Shown piece after piece: positions 49,234 through 58,580 of a stretch of DNA of 64,000 bases; position 1 is the stretch's first letter, and each line of letters starts with the position of its first letter. The DNA lies in assembly GCA_023247445.1 (NCBI GenBank), contig JAHFGL010000003.1, positions 78,128 to 142,127 on the forward strand, written 5' to 3'. This DNA is from Candidatus Omnitrophota bacterium. GTDB taxonomy: Bacteria; Omnitrophota; Gorgyraeia; Zapsychrales; Zapsychraceae. The translations under genes and the position numbers were made by a program. Under the pieces are notes generated by a model that was not told the origin of the DNA, did no database searches, and worked only from the letters and a program-made list of their open reading frames with translations.

Positions 49234-49797
49234 TTGATGACGACAAACACAATTAAAGAAGATCGCGCAAGGCTCCTTGCGATTATCCATAAAGAAGCTT
49301 ACTTCCGCGAAAAGATTATTCTTTCTTCAGGCAAAGAAAGTGATTATTACATCGATGCCCGACGGGTTACTTTGGGTGCAGAAGGAGTATATTTGTGTGC
49401 CAGGCTAATTCTTGATTTAATTAAGAATGATAAAGTTGATGCTATTGGTGGTCCAACTCTTGGCGCTGATCCTATGGTGGGAGCTTTAGGGGTTCTAAGT
49501 TTTCAGGCGGGTAAACCAATCAATACTTTTATTATTCGAAAAGCGCCAAAGCCGCATGGTAAACAGCAGCAAGTAGAAGGCCCGTTATTAAGCGAAGGCA
49601 GTCGTGTGGTTTTAATCGATGATGTGGCTACAACCGGCAAGGCATTTTTAGAATCGATTGATGTGTTAACAAAAATGAATATTAAAACCCCGAAAGCCAT
49701 TTGCATTGTTGATCGTCATGAAGGAGCGAAGGAAGCGTTAAAGGCCAAGGGATGTGAATTGGTCTCCCTTTTTGATATTGCTGAAATCCATAAATGA
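49234..49797 (+). CDS. pyrE: Orotate phosphoribosyltransferase (short type).
   Basis: 187 aa with PRPP-binding motif VVLIDDVATTGKA. Confidence 0.75.
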   Translation: MMTTNTIKEDRARLLAIIHKEAYFREKIILSSGKESDYYIDARRVTLGAEGVYLCARLILDLIKNDKVDAIGGPTLGADPMVGALGVLSFQAGKPINTFIIRKAPKPHGKQQQVEGPLLSEGSRVVLIDDVATTGKAFLESIDVLTKMNIKTPKAICIVDRHEGAKEALKAKGCELVSLFDIAEIHK

Positions 49798-51134
49798 AAC
49801 GAATCATCCTCGCCTCAGGTTCTGTTCAACGAAAAAAACTACTGCAACTCTTAGGCGTTAAGTTTACTGTCCAGCCTAGTGGTGTTCCTGAAGTAAAGAA
49901 AATTAAAACTACCTGTACGGATCTTGTTAAACATAATGCTTTGATCAAGGCGCAAGATGTTGCCGCCAAGTCCAAGAATGCGATTGTTATTGGGGCGGAC
50001 ACGGTTGTTTACATCGGCAATAAACAAATCATCGGCAAGCCTAAAGATCTTAAAGACGCTAAACGGATTTTAAAGATTCTTTTTGCCAAGCCGCACTGGG
50101 TTTATACCGGCGTTGTTGTGATTGACACGGCCACCGGCAAGAAAGTGATCGATTATGAAAAGACCAAAGTTTTTATGACACCATTGTCTGACGAGGAAAT
50201 TGATCGGTATCATCAGAATATTTCACCATTGGATAAGGCGGGAGGGTTTGACATCGAAGGCTGGGGAAGTTTGTTCATCAATCGGATCGAAGGCTGTTAT
50301 TCGAATGTGATTGGGTTACCGATGTCGAAATTGTGTCACATGCTTAAAAAAGTTGGTGTGTCGGTTTTAGGACTTCTACTTATGATCAATATTATGGGCT
50401 GTGCTACAGAATATAATTTGGCGACTCAAAGGGAAGAGACATTAATTTACGGTGATGAAAAAGAAATTCATTTAGGTGAAGCGATGGCCCGTAGCATTGA
50501 GCTGCATTATAAGGACAAAATTTTTACCGAGGTTGACGCTAATGAACGTGTAGAAAGAATTTTAAAACGTATCACTGAAGTTTGTGATCGAACGGACATC
50601 GTTTATTTTATTAAAATTATTGATGAAGATGAAATGAACGCCGTTAGTCTTCCTGGGGGATATATCTATGTTTTTAAAAAATTAGTTGAAAAGGTTGATA
50701 ACGACGATCAATTAGCTGGCGTCATTGCCCACGAGGTTGGGCATATTACCGCTAAACATGCGATTAAAAAATTGCAGGAGGCTTATGGGGCGATGCTTTT
50801 TCAATTGGCTGTTACGCAAACCCCAGCCCGTAACGTCAGCGGTGGACTAAATTTTGCCTTAACATCTCTTTTTATGTCACATTCGCAAGAAGATGAATTT
50901 CAAGCCGATGAGCTTGGTGTCAAATATATGAAGGCCGCTGGGTATAATCCGTTAGAGATGACTAACATGTTACGAAAATTACAGCAAGAACAGGACAAAT
51001 CTTCCCTTCGCCAATATAGTTATTGGCGTACCCATCCGCATATTCCTGAGAGAGTTGCCGCGGTTAACACAATTGTTTCCGGTAAAATGGAGTTTAAAGA
51101 TTACATTAAAATGATTGGGCGTGATGAAAAATAA
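49794..51134 (+). CDS. maf: Maf-like nucleotide pyrophosphatase fused in-frame to a lipoprotein-type M48 (HExxH) peptidase.
   Basis: 446-aa continuous ORF. Residues ~1-185 are Maf (ILASGSVQRKKLL...GLPM). Then comes an internal lipoprotein-like signal, MLKKVGVSVLGLLLMINIMGC. The C-terminal part is an M48/BepA-like domain with HEVGH. Confidence 0.65.
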   Translation: MKRIILASGSVQRKKLLQLLGVKFTVQPSGVPEVKKIKTTCTDLVKHNALIKAQDVAAKSKNAIVIGADTVVYIGNKQIIGKPKDLKDAKRILKILFAKPHWVYTGVVVIDTATGKKVIDYEKTKVFMTPLSDEEIDRYHQNISPLDKAGGFDIEGWGSLFINRIEGCYSNVIGLPMSKLCHMLKKVGVSVLGLLLMINIMGCATEYNLATQREETLIYGDEKEIHLGEAMARSIELHYKDKIFTEVDANERVERILKRITEVCDRTDIVYFIKIIDEDEMNAVSLPGGYIYVFKKLVEKVDNDDQLAGVIAHEVGHITAKHAIKKLQEAYGAMLFQLAVTQTPARNVSGGLNFALTSLFMSHSQEDEFQADELGVKYMKAAGYNPLEMTNMLRKLQQEQDKSSLRQYSYWRTHPHIPERVAAVNTIVSGKMEFKDYIKMIGRDEK

Positions 51135-51573
51135 TCGATTAATTACTTTAATACTTTTTTCTATTTATTTTTTGGGATGTGGCGGGCCCAGGTTAGATCC
51201 AACGCACAATTATGTTTGTTTGAGAAATCATTGTATTGATGTTGAGTTGGCCAAAACAGAAAATGAGCATGCCAAAGGTTTGCAGGGAAGATCCACGTTA
51301 GGAAAAGATCACGGGATGCTTTTTATTTTTACTAAGCCAGGCGCTTATACCTTCTGGATGAAAGACACACTTATTGATTTAGATATCGTTTGGTTAGATT
51401 ATGCCCGACGAGTTGTTTATATTTCCCCCAATACCCCTTCATGCAAAGAGGAGCCTTGTCCTACCTATACGCCTGACGGCAGAGCTGTCTATGTTTTAGA
51501 AATTAACAGCGGATATGCGTCCCAGTTAGGAATGAAATTAGGCGATACCCTTGAATTTCGTTTGCGTCAGTAA
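51124..51573 (+). CDS. DUF192 (COG1430) domain lipoprotein.
   Basis: About 150 aa with a lipoprotein signal (LGCGG) and DUF192 core (GLQGR...GMLFIF...DLDIVWLD). Confidence 0.65.
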   Translation: MKNNRLITLILFSIYFLGCGGPRLDPTHNYVCLRNHCIDVELAKTENEHAKGLQGRSTLGKDHGMLFIFTKPGAYTFWMKDTLIDLDIVWLDYARRVVYISPNTPSCKEEPCPTYTPDGRAVYVLEINSGYASQLGMKLGDTLEFRLRQ

Positions 51574-53361
51574 TTAATTTGTTTTTTTAGGTCGGTAAAT
51601 GTGTGTACTTTGACCGAAGAAACTTTCGGCGGTTTCCATCAGAGTTTCACTTAAGGTGGGGTGAGGATGGATGGTCATTTTAAGGTCAGTGACAACCGCG
51701 CCCATTTCGATAGCCAGAACACCTTCAGCAATAAGTTCTCCAGCTCCAGGACCAACGATTGAGACACCTAAAATGCGTTCTGTTGTGGGATCAATAATTA
51801 ATTTTGTAAGCCCATCGGTGCGATCAAGGGTTAATGATCGTCCGGAGGCCGCCCATGGAAATTTGACAACCTCAACAATTTTGCCTTGAGCTTTGGCTTC
51901 AGTTTCTGTTAATCCGCACCAGGCAATTTCTGGGTCAGTAAAAACAACCGCAGGAATTGCTTTTGGTTCAAAAGCCGCTTTATGACCGGCAATGCATTCC
52001 ACGGCGGTGATTCCTTCGTGGGAGGCTTTATGGGCCAGCATCGGTTGACCAGTTACGTCACCGATGGCATAGATTGACGCATCCGCGGTTTGGCGCTGAA
52101 GATTTACTTCAATAAATCCGCGGTCACTAACTTTAACTTTTGTTTTCTCCAGACCGAGTCCACTAGTATTTGGTTTTCTGCCGATTGCGACTAAAACTTT
52201 TTCATATTCTTTTGATGTTGTCTGCCCAGTTTTATCTTCAAATGTTACTTTAATTCCCGAAGAGGTTTCTTCCATCTTAAGGACTTTTGTTTCCACCATA
52301 ATTGTGCTAAGGATTGTCCTTAAACGTTTCTCAAGGATACTTGCGACATCGCGATCAGCGCCCGTCATCAGTTGTGGAAGCATCTCAACAACATCTAATT
52401 GTGTTCCTAGTTCTGCATAGACCGTTCCTAGTTCTAGTCCAATATACCCACCGCCGACGAGTAACATCGTTTTTGGAATGCTTTTCATTTCTAAGGCTGA
52501 GGTTGAATCCCATATCCGAAGAGATTTTGGGGCGATAGGAAGTTGAATGGGACTCGACCCAGTTGCAATAATAGCGCGATCAAAAGTTAATGATTCAGAA
52601 CTTCCGTCGTTCTTCGCAACATTTAAAGTGTTTGAGTTAACAAATGTAGCGCGGCCTTGGATATATTTTACTTTTCGTTGTTTACTTAATTGTCCTAAGC
52701 CACCGGTTAATTTTTTAACAACATCATCTTTCCATCCACGCAATTTATTGATATCGATTTTTGGTTTATCAAATTCAATGCCGAAATTTTTGGCTTCTTT
52801 GGATTCAGATAAAACTTTGGCAGCGTGAAGTAGGGCTTTAGAAGGAATGCATCCGCGATATAAACAAACGCCGCCTGGATTAACATCTAAATCAATGAGA
52901 GTTACGTTTAGTCCTAAGTCGGCTGCTAAGAATGCCGCGGTGTAGCCACCGGGTCCACCGCCGATGACGACGAGATTAATATCTTTTGTTGATGATAAGG
53001 GAAGAGGAGTTAGGTGTTGGGGTTCGGTTTTACTTTTGTCATCCTGAGCGGCAGCGAAGGATCTCTTGGGAGATCCTTCAGTCGCTTTCGCTCCTTCAGG
53101 ATGACGGGTAATGCCTGATGTTGATGATGTCTCTTCAACTTTAAGCACAACCTGACCGATCGTAACTTCTTGGCCAGCTTTGATTAGAATTTCTTTAACG
53201 ACACCATCGCAGGTCGAAGGGACCGGCAAGGAAGCCTTGTCTGTTTCAAGCTCGAGAAGATCTTGACCTTTTTTAATCGTGTCACCGACTTTAACAAAGA
53301 TGTTAACGACAGTTCCAGATTTTATATTTTCCCCGACCTGAGGAATTTTGAATTCAATCAT
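51574..53361 (-). CDS. lpdA: Dihydrolipoyl dehydrogenase (E3) with an N-terminal lipoyl domain.
   Basis: 595 aa: lipoyl domain (ELETDKA), linker, FAD-binding GGGPGGY, and redox-active disulfide CLYRGCIPSK. Confidence 0.9.
   Translation of the reverse strand: MIEFKIPQVGENIKSGTVVNIFVKVGDTIKKGQDLLELETDKASLPVPSTCDGVVKEILIKAGQEVTIGQVVLKVEETSSTSGITRHPEGAKATEGSPKRSFAAAQDDKSKTEPQHLTPLPLSSTKDINLVVIGGGPGGYTAAFLAADLGLNVTLIDLDVNPGGVCLYRGCIPSKALLHAAKVLSESKEAKNFGIEFDKPKIDINKLRGWKDDVVKKLTGGLGQLSKQRKVKYIQGRATFVNSNTLNVAKNDGSSESLTFDRAIIATGSSPIQLPIAPKSLRIWDSTSALEMKSIPKTMLLVGGGYIGLELGTVYAELGTQLDVVEMLPQLMTGADRDVASILEKRLRTILSTIMVETKVLKMEETSSGIKVTFEDKTGQTTSKEYEKVLVAIGRKPNTSGLGLEKTKVKVSDRGFIEVNLQRQTADASIYAIGDVTGQPMLAHKASHEGITAVECIAGHKAAFEPKAIPAVVFTDPEIAWCGLTETEAKAQGKIVEVVKFPWAASGRSLTLDRTDGLTKLIIDPTTERILGVSIVGPGAGELIAEGVLAIEMGAVVTDLKMTIHPHPTLSETLMETAESFFGQSTHIYRPKKTN
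53038..53105. repeat. 68-bp palindromic element (GTCATCCTGAG...CTTCAGGATGAC) lying in-frame inside the lpd lipoyl-domain linker.
   Basis: GTCATCCTGAGCGGCAGCGAAGGATCTCTTGGGAGATCCTTCAGTCGCTTTCGCTCCTTCAGGATGAC. It is translated on the minus strand as ...RHPEGAKATEGSPKRSFAAAQDDK... Confidence 0.85.
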
Positions 53362-53363
53362 TT

Positions 53364-54641
53364 TTAAAGTCCTGTTAAATCCGGCTTTTCAATGGCTTCA
53401 GCGATCCAGCGTAGGAATCGCGCACCATCGGCCCCATCAATCAAACGATGATCATAGGAAAGAGAGAGAGGAAGTTTAAATCGCGGGACAAAAGCACCCT
53501 TTTCATAAACCGGTTCCCATGCTCCACGAGAAATTCCTAAAATTGAAACCTCTGGCCAGTTGACAATCGGAGTAAAATAAGTTCCGCCAATGCCACCTAA
53601 ATTTGTTAAGGTAATTGATCCGCCTTGTAATTCATCTAATGTTGTCTTTTTGGTACGCGCGCGTTCCGCCATTTCATTTAGTTCATCAGCCAGTTGAATA
53701 ATACTTTTCTTGTCGATATCTTTTATGACTGGAACCAGAAGTCCGCGATCCGTATCAACAGCGACACCAATGTTAAAATATTTTTTCTCAATGATTTCGT
53801 TCGTGCTCATATCAATCGAGGCATTAAATTGTGGAAATGTTTTTAAAGCCGAGGCCATTACTTTTAAAAGAAATGGGGTGATCGTTAATTTGCGTTTATC
53901 TGTCGATTTTTCTTTGCGTATTTTCTCAAGTTCGGTAATGTCCGCTTTATCGAATTGTGTGACGTGGGGAATTGTGGTCCAGCAATATGTCATATGTTCC
54001 GCTGTTTTCTTGCGGACATTGTTCATCGGTTTTCGTTCAACCGATCCCCATTTTGAGAAATCAGGCAAAGATCGTGTAGGCACACTTACGCCGCCACTAG
54101 CGCGTGAAGTGTTGAGCGCTTTTGAATAAGCTTTAACATCATCAAGAGAAATGCGTCCACCAGGACCAGTTCCCAAGACTTGGCCAATTTCGATACCAAT
54201 CTCTCGTGCGAAACGACGAACAGAGGGAGCCGCTGCAACGTCACGTTGTGGTGACATTGATCGCATGGGCATAACTGGTTGCGCCATTTGGACTGGTTTG
54301 GCAACAGTTTTGTCATCCTGAGCGGCAGCGAAGGATCTCTTAGGAGATCCTTCAGTCGCTTTCGCTCCTTCAGGATGACGAGCCGGGGTTGTTGTCGTGG
54401 CCGATGTTGTCTCATCAATTTTCATCACCAGCTGACCAATTTTTACTTCATCGTTTTCTTTGATCAAAATTTCTTTGATTGTCCCATCGACAGGAGAAGG
54501 GACTTCAAGCGCCGCTTTATCTGTTTCAAGCTCAAGGAGAGTTTGATTTTTCTTGATGACATCGCCAACTTTGACGGCAATTTTTATGACGGTGCCGGAT
54601 TTTATATTTTCTCCGACTTCGGGGAGTTTGAATTCGAACAT
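53364..54641 (-). CDS. aceF: Dihydrolipoamide acyltransferase (E2) of a 2-oxo acid (pyruvate) dehydrogenase complex.
   Basis: 425 aa: lipoyl domain, linker, E3-binding domain (PSVRRFAREIGIEI) and catalytic domain (DHRLIDG). Confidence 0.9.
   Translation of the reverse strand: MFEFKLPEVGENIKSGTVIKIAVKVGDVIKKNQTLLELETDKAALEVPSPVDGTIKEILIKENDEVKIGQLVMKIDETTSATTTTPARHPEGAKATEGSPKRSFAAAQDDKTVAKPVQMAQPVMPMRSMSPQRDVAAAPSVRRFAREIGIEIGQVLGTGPGGRISLDDVKAYSKALNTSRASGGVSVPTRSLPDFSKWGSVERKPMNNVRKKTAEHMTYCWTTIPHVTQFDKADITELEKIRKEKSTDKRKLTITPFLLKVMASALKTFPQFNASIDMSTNEIIEKKYFNIGVAVDTDRGLLVPVIKDIDKKSIIQLADELNEMAERARTKKTTLDELQGGSITLTNLGGIGGTYFTPIVNWPEVSILGISRGAWEPVYEKGAFVPRFKLPLSLSYDHRLIDGADGARFLRWIAEAIEKPDLTGL
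54312..54379. repeat. 68-bp palindromic element (same family) lying in-frame inside the E2 lipoyl-domain linker.
   Basis: Differs from the 53038 copy by one base (TTAG vs TTGG loop). It encodes the same RHPEGAKATEGSPKRSFAAAQDDK peptide. Confidence 0.85.
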
Positions 54642-54660
54642 GGTTAACCTTTACAGTAGT

Positions 54661-54738
54661 GTCATTCCCGCAAAAGCGGGAATCTAGGACGAAAGTTTAT
54701 TTTTTATGGATGCCCGATTAAAGCATTCGGGCATGACA
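54661..54738. repeat. Double-hairpin palindromic element between aceE and aceF with GTCAT...ATGAC termini.
   Basis: GTCATTCCCGCAAAAGCGGGAATC ... ATGCCCGATTAAAGCATTCGGGCATGAC. Two stems of 8 bp each. The termini resemble the GTCATCCTGAG family. Confidence 0.7.
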
Positions 54739-54751
54739 GAAATCAAATACT

Positions 54752-57436
54752 TTAAGAAATCATCGGATTAAGTTTATTCGGATTAATCGACAATTCTTTG
54801 GCGGCTTTATCAAGAACATCTGCCTTAATTTTGTTTTCGCGGTAAAGTTTGCTTAACGTGGCAAAGACAATATGTCGCGCGTCGATTTCAAAGAAATCGC
54901 GTAGCGCCTTGCGGCTTTCGCTACGACCAAAACCATCGGTTCCCAGAGAAACCATCGGCCCTGGTACCCATTTGCTAATTCCATCCGACATCGCCTTCAT
55001 ATTGTCAGAGACAAAGACAAAAACGTCTTTCTCATTTTTTAAAATTTGAGTCACGTAAGGAACTTTAGGCGTTTCTTTTGGATTTAAGAAATTCCAACGC
55101 TCGATGTGAAGTGCTTCCCGGCGAAGTTCGTTGTAGCTGGTAACACTCCAGATATCGGCGGCGATATTATATTTTTCTTCTAGAATCTTCTGCGCCTCTA
55201 GCGCTTGATTCATAATTGACCCACTGCCAAAAATTTGCGCTTGAAGTGTAGCACCCTTTTTGTCTGAGGTCTTAAATTTGTACATTCCTTTTAAGATGCC
55301 TTCTTTAACACCTTCAGGCATCGCAGGCATCGGATAATTTTCGTTGCCGACACTTAAGTAGTAGAAAACATTTTCTTGTTTTTCATACATACGATAAATG
55401 CCGTCACGAATAATGATGGCTAGTTCATAAGCAAAGGCTGGATCATAGGTGACGATGTTGGGAACGCTTGAAAGTAAAAGGTGGCTGTGGCCATCTTGAT
55501 GTTGTAATCCTTCACCGTTAAGTGTTGTTCGTCCGGCGGTAGCGCCAACTAAAAATCCTCGGCAACGTGAATCCGCCGCGGCCCAGATTAAATCACCGAT
55601 ACGTTGTGGTCCAAACATCGAATAATAAATATAAAATGGAATTGTGTTGATCCCTTGTGTTGAATAAGCCGTTCCGGCGGCAATAAAAGAGGAGATGGCG
55701 CCGGCTTCATTAATACCTTCTTCTAGGATTTGACCATCTTTCGCTTCTTTGTAATAAAGAAGTGAGTCCGCATCAACTGGTTCATAAAGCTGCCCGACAT
55801 GGGAATAGATTCCGCATTGACGGAAAAGCGATTCCATCCCAAAGGTTCGCGCTTCATCAGGAATAATAGGAACAATTAATTGACCAATTGTTTTGTCTTT
55901 TAAAAGTTTGGTTAAGATACGAACATAAACCATCGTCGTTGAAACTTCACGGCCTTCGGTTCCTTTATAAAATTCTTCAAATAATTCTTCAGAAGGCGTT
56001 TGAAGAGGAACACTGTTGGCCTGACGCGAGGGAACGTAGCCGCCGAGTGCTTTGCGTCGTTCATGAAGATAAATCATTTCTTCAGAATCCGCTGCTGGTT
56101 TATAAAATGGTGTGTTCGCGGTATCTTTATCTGAAATAGGAATGTTAAATCGTGTACGGAATTGTTTTAATTCATCTTCGTTGAGCTTCTTTTGTTGGTG
56201 GCTAATGTTTTTTCCTTCGCCACTTTCGCCAAGTCCATAGCCTTTGATTGTTTTGGCTAAAATAACCGTTGGTGCGCCTTTAAAATCCATGGCCGCTTTA
56301 TACGCCGCATAAACTTTTTGAGGATCATGGCCACCGCGGTTTAAACATTCCAACTGTTCGTCGCTTAAATGTTTTACCATCTCTAACAGGCGTGGATCTT
56401 TGCCAAAAAAATGGTCACGGATATAAGCGCCAGACTCAACTGAATATTTTTGATATTCGCCATCGATAACTTCACCCATACGTTTGGCAAGAAGGCCTTC
56501 GGTATCTTTTTCGAGCAAAGCATCCCAGCCGCTGCCCCAGATAACTTTAATGACATTCCACTGCGCGCCGCGAAAGAGGGCTTCTAATTCTTGAATAATT
56601 TTGGCGTTGCCGCGAACCGGTCCATCAAGTCGCTGGAGGTTGCAGTTAATAACAAAGATTAAATTGTCGAGTTTTTCGCGAGAGGCGACAGTAATAGCGC
56701 CTAAAGATTCTGGTTCATCAGATTCACCATCGCCCATGTAGCACCAAATTTTGGCATCATCACGAGGTTTAAGGCCACGGTCTTCCAAATAACGCATAAA
56801 ACGGGCTTGATAAATACTACAAATTGGACCCAGTCCCATTGAAACCGTTGGAAATTGCCAGAAATTTGGCATAAGCCAAGGATGTGGATAAGAGGAAAGG
56901 CCGCCACCAGGCTGCAATTCTCGACGGAAATTTTCTAGATTGGTTTCAGTTAATCGGCCTTCTAAGAAAGCGCGGGAATAAACACCAGGAGAGGCATGAC
57001 CTTGAAAATAAATGAAATCACCGCAAAAATTATCCGTTCGCGCACGATAAAAATGATTAAAGCCAACTTCCCAAAGCGTTGCCGCTGAGGCGTAGGTTGA
57101 AATATGTCCACCGATTCCGCTTTCCGCATGATTGCCGCGAACGACCATCGCCATCGCATTCCAGCGAATAATACTTTTAATGCGGCGTTCAATCTCGCGG
57201 TTTCCTGGGTAAGCAGGTTCTTTGCTTTTGGCAATTGAGTTTATATAGGGAGTATTAACAGTAAAGGGAAGGGTAACACCGGCTTCTTGAGCGCGGATTT
57301 GCAGCTGAGCGAGGATTTTTTGCGCTTGTTCGAGCGAGCCGTGTTTTAAAACGTAATCGAGGGAACTGAGCCACTCTTGTATTTCAATATCTTCGACTTC
57401 ATTGGATTGATTTTTTACGACACCATCGGAACTCAT
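54752..57436 (-). CDS. aceE: Pyruvate dehydrogenase E1 component (homodimeric AceE type).
   Basis: 894 aa. The length and ThDP-binding regions are typical of the large single-chain E1. It is upstream of E2 and E3. Confidence 0.9.
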   Translation of the reverse strand: MSSDGVVKNQSNEVEDIEIQEWLSSLDYVLKHGSLEQAQKILAQLQIRAQEAGVTLPFTVNTPYINSIAKSKEPAYPGNREIERRIKSIIRWNAMAMVVRGNHAESGIGGHISTYASAATLWEVGFNHFYRARTDNFCGDFIYFQGHASPGVYSRAFLEGRLTETNLENFRRELQPGGGLSSYPHPWLMPNFWQFPTVSMGLGPICSIYQARFMRYLEDRGLKPRDDAKIWCYMGDGESDEPESLGAITVASREKLDNLIFVINCNLQRLDGPVRGNAKIIQELEALFRGAQWNVIKVIWGSGWDALLEKDTEGLLAKRMGEVIDGEYQKYSVESGAYIRDHFFGKDPRLLEMVKHLSDEQLECLNRGGHDPQKVYAAYKAAMDFKGAPTVILAKTIKGYGLGESGEGKNISHQQKKLNEDELKQFRTRFNIPISDKDTANTPFYKPAADSEEMIYLHERRKALGGYVPSRQANSVPLQTPSEELFEEFYKGTEGREVSTTMVYVRILTKLLKDKTIGQLIVPIIPDEARTFGMESLFRQCGIYSHVGQLYEPVDADSLLYYKEAKDGQILEEGINEAGAISSFIAAGTAYSTQGINTIPFYIYYSMFGPQRIGDLIWAAADSRCRGFLVGATAGRTTLNGEGLQHQDGHSHLLLSSVPNIVTYDPAFAYELAIIIRDGIYRMYEKQENVFYYLSVGNENYPMPAMPEGVKEGILKGMYKFKTSDKKGATLQAQIFGSGSIMNQALEAQKILEEKYNIAADIWSVTSYNELRREALHIERWNFLNPKETPKVPYVTQILKNEKDVFVFVSDNMKAMSDGISKWVPGPMVSLGTDGFGRSESRKALRDFFEIDARHIVFATLSKLYRENKIKADVLDKAAKELSINPNKLNPMIS

Positions 57437-57474
57437 AGGCTGCTTTCCTTTAACTTTTAGTCTTTATATGTTTC

Positions 57475-57589
57475 TATCCCTCGCTTCATAAAATTTATAA
57501 TATTCCAATTCTGTTTTGATTCCAGAATAGCGAGGGATAATACCGCGCCTTGCCGAGCATAATATTGAAATTTTTTTGAAGCGCGGTAT
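57475..57589. promoter_or_regulatory. Two inverted repeats in the aceE upstream region (candidate operator and promoter elements).
   Basis: IR1 is TATCCCTCGCT (57475-57485) paired with AGCGAGGGATA (57529-57539). IR2 is ATACCGCGC (57540-57548) paired with GCGCGGTAT (57581-57589). Confidence 0.4.
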
Positions 57590-57667
57590 AAGTTTGAGCA
57601 TTTTAGTATGGATAAACTTAATGCGCAAGGGGTTTTTCCCTATTTAAAGTTGACTTATCTGGAATTT

Positions 57668-58339
57668 TTAATTAGAGCTAACTTTTATTACCACACCGGC
57701 TGCATTAACAGGATCCTTGTGACCAACGACAAGACTAATTTGTCCAGGATTGATGGCCGTAATTTTGCCCTCATCATCAATGCTGATGATTTCTGTGTTG
57801 GCTGGTTTGCCAGGATACAGCACATATTTTGTGCCAAACTTTGTGGAAGTGATGTCCCGTTCCACCCCATCACTGAATGTCCCATAAACGTTTATTTGTC
57901 GAGTATCGCCAACCGTTAAGGAAATAAAATCAGAATCTACCCGAAGAGATATGAGTGGACCCATTGTATTAAGAGAAAGGGGTAAGAGTAGTTCTTGGGA
58001 GTTTGTGTAAGAACCTTCAGGGGTCTTCCCGGTAGCGACTAATTTAATGTTTTCGGTTGCTTGGGATGGTATTTGATATCTGAAGGTGAAGATATTTGTT
58101 CCATTGTTTTTCTGAGTTTTGACAAATTCAGGCCCAACTAAAAGCACTTCAGCGACATGGGTTCCTTGTAATTCGATTTCAACAATTTCACCGGGTGCTA
58201 ACGAGATATTTTCTTGTGGTTTAATAAAAGACAAAGATGGTGTCTCTTGAGTCGTAGCTTCGGATATCTGTTTAGGAATTTGGTGTAATCCCAGTGCAAT
58301 AAAGGTGAAGAAGGTTATGGTAATAATTTTTATGTGCAT
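57668..58339 (-). CDS. Secreted protein with a C-terminal bacterial Ig-like (Big_2-type) domain.
   Basis: 223 aa with a signal peptide. The C-terminal ~80 aa (LTVGDTRQI...ITAINPGQISLVV) resemble a Big_2 domain. Confidence 0.5.
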   Translation of the reverse strand: MHIKIITITFFTFIALGLHQIPKQISEATTQETPSLSFIKPQENISLAPGEIVEIELQGTHVAEVLLVGPEFVKTQKNNGTNIFTFRYQIPSQATENIKLVATGKTPEGSYTNSQELLLPLSLNTMGPLISLRVDSDFISLTVGDTRQINVYGTFSDGVERDITSTKFGTKYVLYPGKPANTEIISIDDEGKITAINPGQISLVVGHKDPVNAAGVVIKVSSN

Positions 58340-58455
58340 AAGATATCCTTTGTAGGAAAGCTAATGCGGCCCCAGCATTTCTAATTAATTTTAATGGTAG
58401 CTGGGACTGCACTTGTTTTCTCTATTATAAAATTTTTAGCTTAAAGGAAAACAAG

Positions 58456-58500
58456 TGCGGAAGGAGAGATTTGAACTCTCATACCTTGCGGCACAGGCTT
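58456..58500 (-). tRNA. 3' half of a split tRNA-Leu(CAG)-like gene (anticodon-loop AA through the acceptor 3' strand plus discriminator A).
   Basis: Minus strand reads AAGCCTG-TGCCGCAAGGTAT-GAGAGTTCAAATCTCTC-CTTCCGC-A. The T-arm and acceptor are nearly identical to the intact tRNA at 58581-58663. No CCA is encoded. Confidence 0.55.
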
Positions 58501-58580
58501 CTGCACTGACTTCTCTAATAAAGATATTTATTGTAGTCAGTACTGCCCCAACTTTTTCTTTATGCTTGGGGAAACTTTAA

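Noticed and set aside
53038-54379. The palindromic elements inside aceF and lpd as a frameshifting or sequencing artefact disrupting the genes.
   Set aside because: Both reading frames stay open through the elements. The encoded peptide falls in the naturally flexible linker, and both flanking domains are intact.
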